Made by a program: the position numbers and the translations under genes. This document shows, one piece after another, positions 8,551-16,478 of a DNA stretch of 64,000 bases. The stretch comes from an uncultured Gammaproteobacteria bacterium (GTDB lineage: Bacteria > Myxococcota_A > UBA796 > JAJRTE01): positions 19,121 through 83,120 of the forward strand of contig CAYQMG010000072.1 in assembly GCA_964418585.1 (NCBI GenBank). The letters are read 5' to 3'. How positions within the stretch are numbered: the stretch's first letter is position 1; every line of letters begins with the position of its first letter. The notes under the pieces are model-generated. The model had not been told where the DNA came from, searched no databases, and saw only the letters and a list, made by a program, of their open reading frames with translations.

Positions 8551-10662
8551 CTACGCCAATCCACCCAGAAGCTTCGTGAGGAAAATCACCAGCAGTACAC
8601 CGGCCACCATGATATAGAGATAGTCCTGAAGTCTTCCAGTCTGTACCTTTTTCAAGTACCGCCCAGCCCCTATGAGGCTGTTTCCAACAATGTTCACCGC
8701 CCCATCGACCACATACTTGTCGATTGCGCCGTCGAAGTTGGAGAAGGCGGTGGTCACCCAACCGGCAAGGTTCACGAGGCCATCCACGATGTGCGTATCG
8801 ATCCAGCTCATCGCCCGGGTCAAGGCCAGGAACGGCCGGACGGCCACGGCGTGGTAGAACTCGTCCACGAAGTATTTGTGGAACGACCAGTGGTAAAGCC
8901 CCTGGATGCGGGCCACGATGGTCTTGGCCTTCTCGAGGGAGCCATCGCCGTAGATCCACCGTGCGGCGAGCCATCCGGCAAAGGCCATGGCCACGGACAG
9001 GCCCATCAACCCCCACTCGGCGCCGGCCCCGGCCTCTCTCGAGTGGATATATTGTGCGCTGTGCTCGAACACGGGCTCCAACCAGTGCTCGAGCAGATTG
9101 GGCACATGGAACAGGTGCGGCATGCCAATCCAGCCCCCCACCGTGGCCAGGAAGGCCAGGACGACCAAGGCGAAGGTCATGGTTGGTGGGGATTCGTGGA
9201 TGTGGTGCTGCGTCTCCTCGTCTGCACGACAAGTTCCAAAGAAGGTGATGTAGACCAGCCTGAACATGTAGAACGCCGTGCCCAGGGCAGCGACGGCGCC
9301 GAGGCCCCAGACGAAGAACGGCCACCACGGAATCACCGGGTTTGCGGTATCAAAGGCTTTCCACAGGATTTCATCTTTTGAGAAGAATCCTGCGAAAGGA
9401 GGAAATCCGGAGATGGCGATGGTGGCAATCAAGAAGGTCCAGAAGGTGATGGGGATCTTTTTTCGCAGCCCGCCCATCTTGAAGATGTCCTGTTCGCCGC
9501 TCATGGCGTGAATGACGGACCCGGACCCCAGGAACAGGCATGCCTTGAAGAAGGCGTGGGTCATCAGGTGAAAGATGCCCGCGGTAAAGGCGCCCACGCC
9601 GACCCCGATGAACATGAACCCGAGCTGGGATACGGTGGAATAGGCGAGGACTTTCTTGATGTCACGCTGGGAGAAACCGATGGTCGCGGCGAACAGTGCG
9701 GTGAGTGCGCCGACGCCCGCCACCACGCTCATGGCCGCCGGGGACATGACGAAGAGATAGTTGAGCCTTGCGATCATGTAGCCGCCCGCCGTGACCATGG
9801 TGGCGGCATGAATCAGCGCGGAAACCGGGGTTGGACCGGCCATGGCGTCGGGCAACCAGACATAGAGGGGGATCTGGGCGCTCTTTCCGGTTGCGCCCAC
9901 GAAAAGAAAGACACAGACGAGCGTGGCGAGGCTGATCCCGAGCACCTCCTTCCCTGCCAGCGCCTGGACGGTGTGCGCCATGGTGGCGAAGTCGAGGGAC
10001 AGGGGTTCACCCGAAAGCGCGTAGCCCGAGCTGGACCACCCGCCGGCCATGCCCCAGAGGAGGAACATGAGGCCTGCAAGGAACCCGAAGTCGCCGATGC
10101 GGTTGACCACAAAGGCCTTCATTCCGGCCTTGGCCTTTTCCACGTCTCCAAACCAGAATCCGATAAGCAGGTAGGAGCAGAGTCCCACGCCTTCCCATCC
10201 CACGAACATGAGCAGGAGGTTCGAGGACAGGACGAGGACGAGCATGGCGAAGGAGAACAGGTTGAGGTAGGCGAAGTAGCGCCACACACTCTTGTCGTGG
10301 GCGATGTAGCCAATGGAGTAGATGTGAATCAACCCGCCGACCCCGGTCACCACCAGCGCCATCAGTGCGGAGAGTGGGTCCATGGTGAAGCTGACCGAGA
10401 GTTCCAGGTTGCCGACCGCTATCCACGTGTAGAGATCGTTGACGAGCACTCGGTGTTCCGGGGACTGGCCCAGAAGCATGATGAACCCGGACACGGCGGT
10501 GATGAACGAAGCCCAGATGGCCACGTTGGCGATGATTCCGTTCAGCCACTTGCCCACACGTTCCTGCAACAGCCACCCGACCGTGCCGTTGATGAAGGCT
10601 CCAATCAAGGGGAAGAGCGGAATGAGCCACAGGAAACCAACGTTGATATGCGTCCCTTCCAT
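8551..10662 (-). CDS. nuoL: NADH-quinone oxidoreductase subunit L
   Basis: 703-aa subunit, MEGTHINVGFLWLIPLFPLIGAF..., with the long C-terminal extension typical of NuoL/ND5. Confidence 0.85.
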   Translation of the reverse strand: MEGTHINVGFLWLIPLFPLIGAFINGTVGWLLQERVGKWLNGIIANVAIWASFITAVSGFIMLLGQSPEHRVLVNDLYTWIAVGNLELSVSFTMDPLSALMALVVTGVGGLIHIYSIGYIAHDKSVWRYFAYLNLFSFAMLVLVLSSNLLLMFVGWEGVGLCSYLLIGFWFGDVEKAKAGMKAFVVNRIGDFGFLAGLMFLLWGMAGGWSSSGYALSGEPLSLDFATMAHTVQALAGKEVLGISLATLVCVFLFVGATGKSAQIPLYVWLPDAMAGPTPVSALIHAATMVTAGGYMIARLNYLFVMSPAAMSVVAGVGALTALFAATIGFSQRDIKKVLAYSTVSQLGFMFIGVGVGAFTAGIFHLMTHAFFKACLFLGSGSVIHAMSGEQDIFKMGGLRKKIPITFWTFLIATIAISGFPPFAGFFSKDEILWKAFDTANPVIPWWPFFVWGLGAVAALGTAFYMFRLVYITFFGTCRADEETQHHIHESPPTMTFALVVLAFLATVGGWIGMPHLFHVPNLLEHWLEPVFEHSAQYIHSREAGAGAEWGLMGLSVAMAFAGWLAARWIYGDGSLEKAKTIVARIQGLYHWSFHKYFVDEFYHAVAVRPFLALTRAMSWIDTHIVDGLVNLAGWVTTAFSNFDGAIDKYVVDGAVNIVGNSLIGAGRYLKKVQTGRLQDYLYIMVAGVLLVIFLTKLLGGLA

Positions 10663-10665
10663 CCC

Positions 10666-10983
10666 CTATTCCCTAAGCTGGTTGAGGTTGTCGACTTCCA
10701 CGGTGCCCATCCGACGGAAAATGGCCAGAATGATGGCCAGCGCAATGGCAGCCTCGGCGGCGGCGAGCACAATGATCATTACGGCGAACACGTGGCCGGC
10801 CACCTCCGGCTCGGCAACGGACGGTCCCACGAAATTGGAGAACGCCACGAAATTGAGGTTGGCCGCGTTCAAAATCAACTCCACGCCCATCAGTATCGAC
10901 ACGGCGTTCTTGCGCGTCAGCACACAGTAGAGCCCGAGGCTGAACAGAACCGCCGCGACGGTCAAGACGGATTGCACAGTCAT
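10666..10983 (-). CDS. nuoK: NADH-quinone oxidoreductase subunit K
   Basis: MTVQSVLTVAAVLFSLGLYCVLTRKNAVSILMGVELILNAANLNFVAF... (105 aa, ND4L-like). It lies inside the longer listed ORF 10666..11493, and its start overlaps the nuoJ stop by 4 nt. Confidence 0.8.
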   Translation of the reverse strand: MTVQSVLTVAAVLFSLGLYCVLTRKNAVSILMGVELILNAANLNFVAFSNFVGPSVAEPEVAGHVFAVMIIVLAAAEAAIALAIILAIFRRMGTVEVDNLNQLRE

Positions 10984-11516
10984 GCCCGCTCCTCCTGCGC
11001 CGGTCCGGCGGTCCCCGCGGTCTTCGGGTGCGTCCGGTGCCTCGCGATGGTTACCGCCCCCACCAGCACCGCAAGCAACAGGATCGCGGCCACCAGAAAC
11101 GCCGGCAGGTAGGTGCTCAACAAATTCTCTCCAATCAGCGGCGTGATACTCTCGTGCTCGAGGTGCGTGTCTGATGGAATCCCCTCCCAGATCCCAAAGA
11201 GCAACATCCCAAGCGTCGCTGCACTGATCACTGCCGCCGCTGCCGGGTTCATGGACTGGTTGCTGATGTTCACGTCGCGAATGCGATGGGTCAGCATCAC
11301 AGCAAAAAGCACCAACACCATCACGCCGCCCACGTAGACCATCATCTGCACGACAGCCAGGAAATCTGCACCCATCATGCCAAACAGCCCCGCAACACCG
11401 ATGAGCGCACCCAGCAACGCAAAGGCGGAACGGACGATGTTGTGCGAAAACGCAGTCACACCGGCCGCCGCAATCGTGAAGGCGGCAACACAAAAAAAGA
11501 TCACTGAGTTCAGCAT
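10980..11516 (-). CDS. nuoJ: NADH-quinone oxidoreductase subunit J
   Basis: 178-aa ND6-like membrane subunit (MLNSVIFFCVAAFTIAAAGV...). Confidence 0.8.
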   Translation of the reverse strand: MLNSVIFFCVAAFTIAAAGVTAFSHNIVRSAFALLGALIGVAGLFGMMGADFLAVVQMMVYVGGVMVLVLFAVMLTHRIRDVNISNQSMNPAAAAVISAATLGMLLFGIWEGIPSDTHLEHESITPLIGENLLSTYLPAFLVAAILLLAVLVGAVTIARHRTHPKTAGTAGPAQEERA

Positions 11517-11577
11517 GAGACCTGTTTCACTCGTTTCGTCCCGGGCCCCTCGCCGGTTCCCGGACAGGTTCGCTCAT

Positions 11578-12213
11578 CTATCCCTTCCCTTCCTTTTCCC
11601 GCGGGGCGCTCGAGCCCTTCCCACCCGCGCCGCCGGCCTCCCCCTCCGTCGGGACCTCGATCTCCCCCGGTGTCCACTGCACATACTCCGCATCCCAGGG
11701 CTTGAGAAGCTGCTCCACAATCGACCCGGACGGTGGCATCTCCGGTACCGGCGTCCCCTTCTTGTGCTTGTAGGGCACCACCGGCTTGTCCACGAAATGC
11801 AACACCAGGTTCCGAATATCCCGTGCACTGGCCTCGAACACCGGTGTGTGGTGCAAACACCCCGTCGGACACGCCTCCGTACACAGACCGCAGTACATGC
11901 ACTTCGAAATGTCGATGTCGAACCGGGTCAGCAACCGCCCCTTCCCACTCGGGTGCTTCTTGGTCTCCACCAGGATCACGTCGATGGGACAGGCCCGCGC
12001 ACAGGCGCTGCACGCGGTGCACGCCGGGATGTGCACCTCCAGGATGCCCCTGAACCGCCCGGGCAGCATGCTCTTGACCGGCTCGGGCGTCCGATCCGGA
12101 TACTGGATGGTGATCGGTCGCCGAAACATCCAGGAAAGCGTCACGGCCATCCCTTCGAAAATCGTCACGGCGGCGTTCTTGATGTTTTCGACGTATGACG
12201 CAACACTGCCCAT
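11578..12213 (-). CDS. nuoI: NADH-quinone oxidoreductase subunit I (2x[4Fe-4S] ferredoxin-like)
   Basis: Two CxxCxxCxxxCP motifs (CTACSACARACP, CMYCGLCTEACP). Gly/Glu-rich C-terminal tail. Confidence 0.85.
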   Translation of the reverse strand: MGSVASYVENIKNAAVTIFEGMAVTLSWMFRRPITIQYPDRTPEPVKSMLPGRFRGILEVHIPACTACSACARACPIDVILVETKKHPSGKGRLLTRFDIDISKCMYCGLCTEACPTGCLHHTPVFEASARDIRNLVLHFVDKPVVPYKHKKGTPVPEMPPSGSIVEQLLKPWDAEYVQWTPGEIEVPTEGEAGGAGGKGSSAPREKEGKG

Positions 12214-12214
12214 G

Positions 12215-13423
12215 TCAAATCAACCACTTGTAGACGGGTGTATCCTTGCCGGACCTGATGTTGTACCACGCCCGCCAGAACATGCCGGCCACCAGCGCGG
12301 CCCCGGCCAGCGTAAGCAGGACACTCACGGCCCCGGTGACCCAGGTTGGCACGGCTGCTGCAACCAGTTGCCAGACCAGGGAGAAGACGACCAGACCGAT
12401 TCCGATCGGCACGAAATACTTCCAGCACATCATCATCAACTGGTCCACCCGGAGGCGAGGCAATGTCCAGCGCAGCCAGATGGTGACGGAAACCAGGATG
12501 GATGCCTTGGCGATGAAGATGGCAGCCCCGAGCAACTGGAGCCAGAGGTTGTTGGTCTGAGTGGCGAGGTCCACCCCCGGGATCCGCCAGCCGCCCAGGA
12601 ACACAGCGGTGATGACGGCGCCGATGACATAGAGGTTCCCCCACTCCGCGAAGGCGAAGAAAAGGAACCGCATTCCGGAATACTCGGTATTGTACCCGGA
12701 GACCAACTCGCTCTCGGCTTCGGGCAGGTCGAACGGAGTCCGATTGCCCTCGGCCAGGGAGGCCACGAAGTAGACGAAGAACGCCACGAAGGTTGCCGGG
12801 GAGAAGAAGACGAGCCACTGCCACGGCCATCCTCCCTGGTGCTCGATGATTCCCTGGAGCGACAGGCTTCCCCCGGGGATGATGGCGGTAAGCAGGGCCA
12901 TGCCCGCTGCGACTTCGTAGCTGACCATCTGTGCAGCGGAACGGATCCCACCGAGCAGTGCCCACTTCGAGTTGCTGGCCCAACCGCTCATGATGATGCC
13001 TGTGACCACCAGCGCGGTGACCGCCAGCAAGTAGACGATCCCCACGTCGAGGTCCGCGCCCACGATCCACGGTCCGAAAGGAAGCACCACAAAGGTGAGG
13101 AAGACTCCGGCGAACACCGGGTAGACGGCGAGACGGAAGAGGATCCTGTCCGCGTCGTTCGGAATCAGATCCTCCTTCAGGAAGTTCTTCATGCCGTCCG
13201 CAAGCCACTGGAGGAAGCCCTGCGGTCCCACCCGGTTGGGTCCGATCCGGCACTGCATGCGGCCGGCGACCCGGCGCTCGATCCAGGTGACGGGCCCTGC
13301 GAACGCGGCGAAGAACCCGATCATCAGGATACCGTACCCGATGACCAGAATCGCGAAGGCCAGTTCGGGATGGGCGCTGGCAAAGCTCCATTCCGACTTC
13401 AAGTACTCGAAAAAGTCGCCCAT
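12215..13423 (-). CDS. nuoH: NADH-quinone oxidoreductase subunit H
   Basis: 402-aa ND1-like protein. Its start codon shares a nucleotide with the nuoD stop (13423). Confidence 0.85.
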   Translation of the reverse strand: MGDFFEYLKSEWSFASAHPELAFAILVIGYGILMIGFFAAFAGPVTWIERRVAGRMQCRIGPNRVGPQGFLQWLADGMKNFLKEDLIPNDADRILFRLAVYPVFAGVFLTFVVLPFGPWIVGADLDVGIVYLLAVTALVVTGIIMSGWASNSKWALLGGIRSAAQMVSYEVAAGMALLTAIIPGGSLSLQGIIEHQGGWPWQWLVFFSPATFVAFFVYFVASLAEGNRTPFDLPEAESELVSGYNTEYSGMRFLFFAFAEWGNLYVIGAVITAVFLGGWRIPGVDLATQTNNLWLQLLGAAIFIAKASILVSVTIWLRWTLPRLRVDQLMMMCWKYFVPIGIGLVVFSLVWQLVAAAVPTWVTGAVSVLLTLAGAALVAGMFWRAWYNIRSGKDTPVYKWLI

Positions 13424-14568
13424 TATCTGTCAATCTCCGGTGCAATCACGTCGAGACTCGCAATCAGGACGACGAGGTCGGCAATCATCAACCCCTTCGA
13501 CGCATGCTCGATGATCGACGTGGCCGTGAAGGATCCTGCCCGAATCTTCACCCGGTAGGGCTTGTCTTTCCCGTCCGAGATCACGTGGTATCCCAGCTCA
13601 CCTCGAGCGCTCTCGACCGCGGCATAGGCCTCCCCCTTGGGGGGCTTGAGCTTCCTCGGCACCTTGGCCATGATGTCCCCTTCAGGGATTCCCGCCAGGG
13701 CCTGACGGAGTATCTTGACACTCTCCATCATCTCCTCGACCCGGACCACGAACCGGTCGTAGGCGTCCCCAAGCGTACCGCGGACCCCCCGCCCCACACA
13801 CACTTTGAAGTCGAACTCGGGATAAGCCGAGTAAGGAAGGTCCCGCCGGAGGTCCCAGTCGACCCCGCTTCCCCGCAAGTTCGGTCCGACCAGCCCGTAG
13901 GACTTGGCTGTCTCGGCATCGATGATGGCCACGTTGGCACACCGCTTGACCAAAATCTCGTTGACCGTGATCAAGCGGTTGAATTCTTCCATCAATGGCT
14001 CAAACGTGTCGAGGAAGGAAAGGATCTTCCTGTCCAGCCCCGCGGGAATGTCGAAAGCCACCCCGCCCACCCGGACGTAGTTGTAGGTCAGGCGGGCTCC
14101 GCACAACTCCTCGATGATGTCGTTGAGCTTTTCCCGTTCCCGGATGCCGTGCAGGAACGGAGTGAACGCCCCGATGTCCATCGCCATGGCGCCCACCCCG
14201 ATGAGGTGGCTCGCGATCCGGTTCAACTCCGACACGATCACCCGCAAGTACTCGGCCCGTCGCGGCACCTCCAGCCCCAACAACCGCTCCACGGCCAGGG
14301 CATACCCGTGGTTGGCAAACATGGCGGCCAGGTAGTCCACCCGGTCGGTGAATGGCACAAACGACGGATAGGGCATGCCCTCCGCAAGCTTCTCTATGCC
14401 ACGGTGCAGGTAACCCACATGGGGCACGGCCCGTTGCATCACCTCACCGTCCCCGGTGATGATGAACCGAATGACCCCGTGCGTACTCGGGTGCTGAGGC
14501 CCCATGTTCAGGATCATGAGGTCGTCGGACACCGACTGCTTGCTCTGTGTGCTGTCCATCACAGTCAA
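13423..14568 (-). CDS. nuoD: NADH-quinone oxidoreductase subunit D (49-kDa subunit)
   Basis: [35 protein letters not shown]...: classic NuoD. Followed directly by nuoH with no nuoE/F/G in between. Confidence 0.9.
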   Translation of the reverse strand: MTVMDSTQSKQSVSDDLMILNMGPQHPSTHGVIRFIITGDGEVMQRAVPHVGYLHRGIEKLAEGMPYPSFVPFTDRVDYLAAMFANHGYALAVERLLGLEVPRRAEYLRVIVSELNRIASHLIGVGAMAMDIGAFTPFLHGIREREKLNDIIEELCGARLTYNYVRVGGVAFDIPAGLDRKILSFLDTFEPLMEEFNRLITVNEILVKRCANVAIIDAETAKSYGLVGPNLRGSGVDWDLRRDLPYSAYPEFDFKVCVGRGVRGTLGDAYDRFVVRVEEMMESVKILRQALAGIPEGDIMAKVPRKLKPPKGEAYAAVESARGELGYHVISDGKDKPYRVKIRAGSFTATSIIEHASKGLMIADLVVLIASLDVIAPEIDR

Positions 14569-15074
14569 TACTTCCCCAGGGCTTTGTCACGCGTCGTCGG
14601 AATCCCGTGATAGTCGGGCTCTTCCTTGTAATCTTTCCGCAACGGATGGCCCACCCAGTCATCCGGCATGAGCAGACGCCGGAGGTCCGAATGTCCTTCG
14701 AAATAGACCCCCAGCAGATCGTAGACCTCCCGCTCGTGCCAGTTCGCGGTGGCCCAGATCCCTTCCACCGTGTGCACAGAAGGCTCGTCCCGGTCCAGCT
14801 TCACCTTGACCGCCATCACTTCCCGGTGGGCATACGACATCATCACGTATGCCAACTGAATGTGATCCTGGAAATCGGTCCCGGTGATGCAGCTCAACTG
14901 CTCGAAAGCAAGCTCCGGAGTATCGTGCAGGTACCGACACACATCCACCACGGCCTCTGGTCGGACGTACACACCCAGCAAAAGACCGGGTCGACCGGCA
15001 TCCCGCTCGTCCGCCCCCTCGACCGCGTCTCCAAACTTCTCCTGGAGCCTGGCAACCGTTTCCTCGAATGTCAT
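14565..15074 (-). CDS. nuoC: NADH-quinone oxidoreductase subunit C (30-kDa subunit)
   Basis: 169 aa, NuoC-like. Separate from nuoD (not fused). 4-nt overlap with the nuoD start. Confidence 0.85.
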   Translation of the reverse strand: MTFEETVARLQEKFGDAVEGADERDAGRPGLLLGVYVRPEAVVDVCRYLHDTPELAFEQLSCITGTDFQDHIQLAYVMMSYAHREVMAVKVKLDRDEPSVHTVEGIWATANWHEREVYDLLGVYFEGHSDLRRLLMPDDWVGHPLRKDYKEEPDYHGIPTTRDKALGKY

Positions 15075-15075
15075 G

Positions 15076-15651
15076 TCAGGCCCTCTTCACGATTCCGCCT
15101 TTCCCCAACTGGGGACGAGGCTCGGTCCGCGTGGTCATCTTCCGATGCCAGTTCTCGGACATGATGATGTTCTGGATCTTCATCATTGCGTCCGCAAGCG
15201 CTTCCGGCCTCGGTGGACATCCGGGCAGGTACAGGTCGACCGGCACGATGAGGTCCACCCCTTTGAGCACGGAATAGGACTTCTGGAACAGGCCGCCGCA
15301 ACTGGCGCACGATCCCATGGCGATGACGTACTTGGGTTCCGCCATCTGGTCGTACAAAAGCTTCACCCGTTCGGCCATCTTGTACGTGATGGTTCCGGCC
15401 ACGAGCATCAGGTCCGCCTGCCGAGGCGAGGCGCGAAACACCATTCCGAACCGATCCAGGTCCGTCCGCGGTCCACCGGTCTGCATCATCTCGATTCCAC
15501 AGCAGGCCGTGGCAAACAGCAGATACCAGAGAGAGTGCTTGCGGGGGAGGTTCAGCAGGTAGTTCACCTTGCCCCACACCACGCCCCCTTGTCCGGGCGC
15601 ACCCTCGAAGCCTGCTTCGACGACCTGGGGACTGCCTACTTCTTCAACCAC
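15076..15651 (-). CDS. nuoB: NADH-quinone oxidoreductase subunit B (PSST/20-kDa, [4Fe-4S] N2)
   Basis: CCGIEMM...GSCASCGG...CPPRP motifs. Preferred start is a GTG near 15651 preceded by GGAGA, overlapping the nuoA 3' end by about 16 nt. The alternative ATG at 15735 would overlap nuoA by 100 nt. Confidence 0.75.
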   Translation of the reverse strand: MVEEVGSPQVVEAGFEGAPGQGGVVWGKVNYLLNLPRKHSLWYLLFATACCGIEMMQTGGPRTDLDRFGMVFRASPRQADLMLVAGTITYKMAERVKLLYDQMAEPKYVIAMGSCASCGGLFQKSYSVLKGVDLIVPVDLYLPGCPPRPEALADAMMKIQNIIMSENWHRKMTTRTEPRPQLGKGGIVKRA

Positions 15652-16031
15652 TCGAGGTCTCCTTTCCCCCAAACATATGCCAGCCCCAACGAGAGAGGGC
15701 TGAGGAAGAACAGAATCGCGCCCACGGCCGCCCACTTGTCCGGGCTCCCGGCATCACCCGGGCCGCCCACATGATTGGAAATCACCGACAGCGGTGGGAA
15801 CAGCACGGCGAGTGCCACATCGAAAACGAGGAAGATAATCGCGATGATGTAGAACCGGGGATTGAAGTTGAACCAGGCTGAAACGAATGGGCGTTCACCA
15901 CATTCGTAGATTGTCCCCTTGTCCTTGTTCGGCACTCGAGGCCGCAAGAAATGGCCTGCCAGCAGCGCCGCGAACACGAAGCCAGCACCGATGGCGAGGA
16001 AAACAAGGACGGTCAGGAATTCTGGGTTCAT
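15636..16031 (-). CDS. nuoA: NADH-quinone oxidoreductase subunit A
   Basis: [32 protein letters not shown]... (ND3-like) from the ATG at 16031 with a GGGAGGGG RBS. The listed ORF extends further upstream, but that extension lacks an RBS. Confidence 0.8.
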   Translation of the reverse strand: MNPEFLTVLVFLAIGAGFVFAALLAGHFLRPRVPNKDKGTIYECGERPFVSAWFNFNPRFYIIAIIFLVFDVALAVLFPPLSVISNHVGGPGDAGSPDKWAAVGAILFFLSPLSLGLAYVWGKGDLEWLKK

Positions 16032-16141
16032 AATCGTGCCCCTCCCGGGTGACTGCCCTCGATCCGACCACGCCAGGCGAAAACGTACCTGCATGGGGCC
16101 GACACCCCACCGACCGATACCCATGCCCGCGCGAGAAGCTG

Positions 16142-16170
16142 TCAATAAAACAATATCCAGGCGATGTCAA
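16142..16170 (-). promoter_or_regulatory. Candidate sigma70 promoter for the nuo operon (TTGACA-17-TATTGA on the minus strand) inside an AT-rich island
   Basis: On the + strand this reads tcaata...tgtcaa at about 16142-16147 and 16165-16170. The reverse complement gives a perfect -35 TTGACA, a 17-nt spacer and a TATTGA -10, about 110 nt upstream of the nuoA ATG. The island also carries a TGTCAA direct repeat. Confidence 0.35.
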
Positions 16171-16478
16171 GCAAAAAACCCCACCGAGCAGGAATGTTGC
16201 AGCCACGCGAAGTTACATCGGAAAAGAATCCCGTTTCTCCCCCTGCCACCAGTCAGCGTCCAACAGGACATCTCACTCGCCCCCCCCTCGGTATCCCGGC
16301 AACCGTTGCTATTGCGTTCCGGCCTCCAGAATGGTAGCTTGAACCCGACCATCCCAAACCGGTCCATGATTCTTCCGGCACACTTCGCCGGAGGCGCGTT
16401 GCAAACGAGGCATCGGCAGCCTTTCCAGGCCGCACGGTGTTGCCAGGGATTCAGTTTCTATCTCCAGGAGTATCACTC

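Noticed and set aside
15076-15735. 219-aa form of NuoB starting at the ATG at 15735
   Set aside because: It would overlap nuoA by 100 nt in another frame with no RBS. The GTG near 15651 with a GGAGA RBS gives a normal-length NuoB.
16420-16445. Possible sigma54 (-24/-12) element ccGCACggtgtTGCc upstream of the ygfK-like gene; E. coli yge genes are sigma54/YgeV dependent
   Set aside because: The essential GG dinucleotide of the -24 box is missing (CCGCAC rather than TGGCAC), and the spacing is off by one. It is not convincing without an EBP gene nearby.
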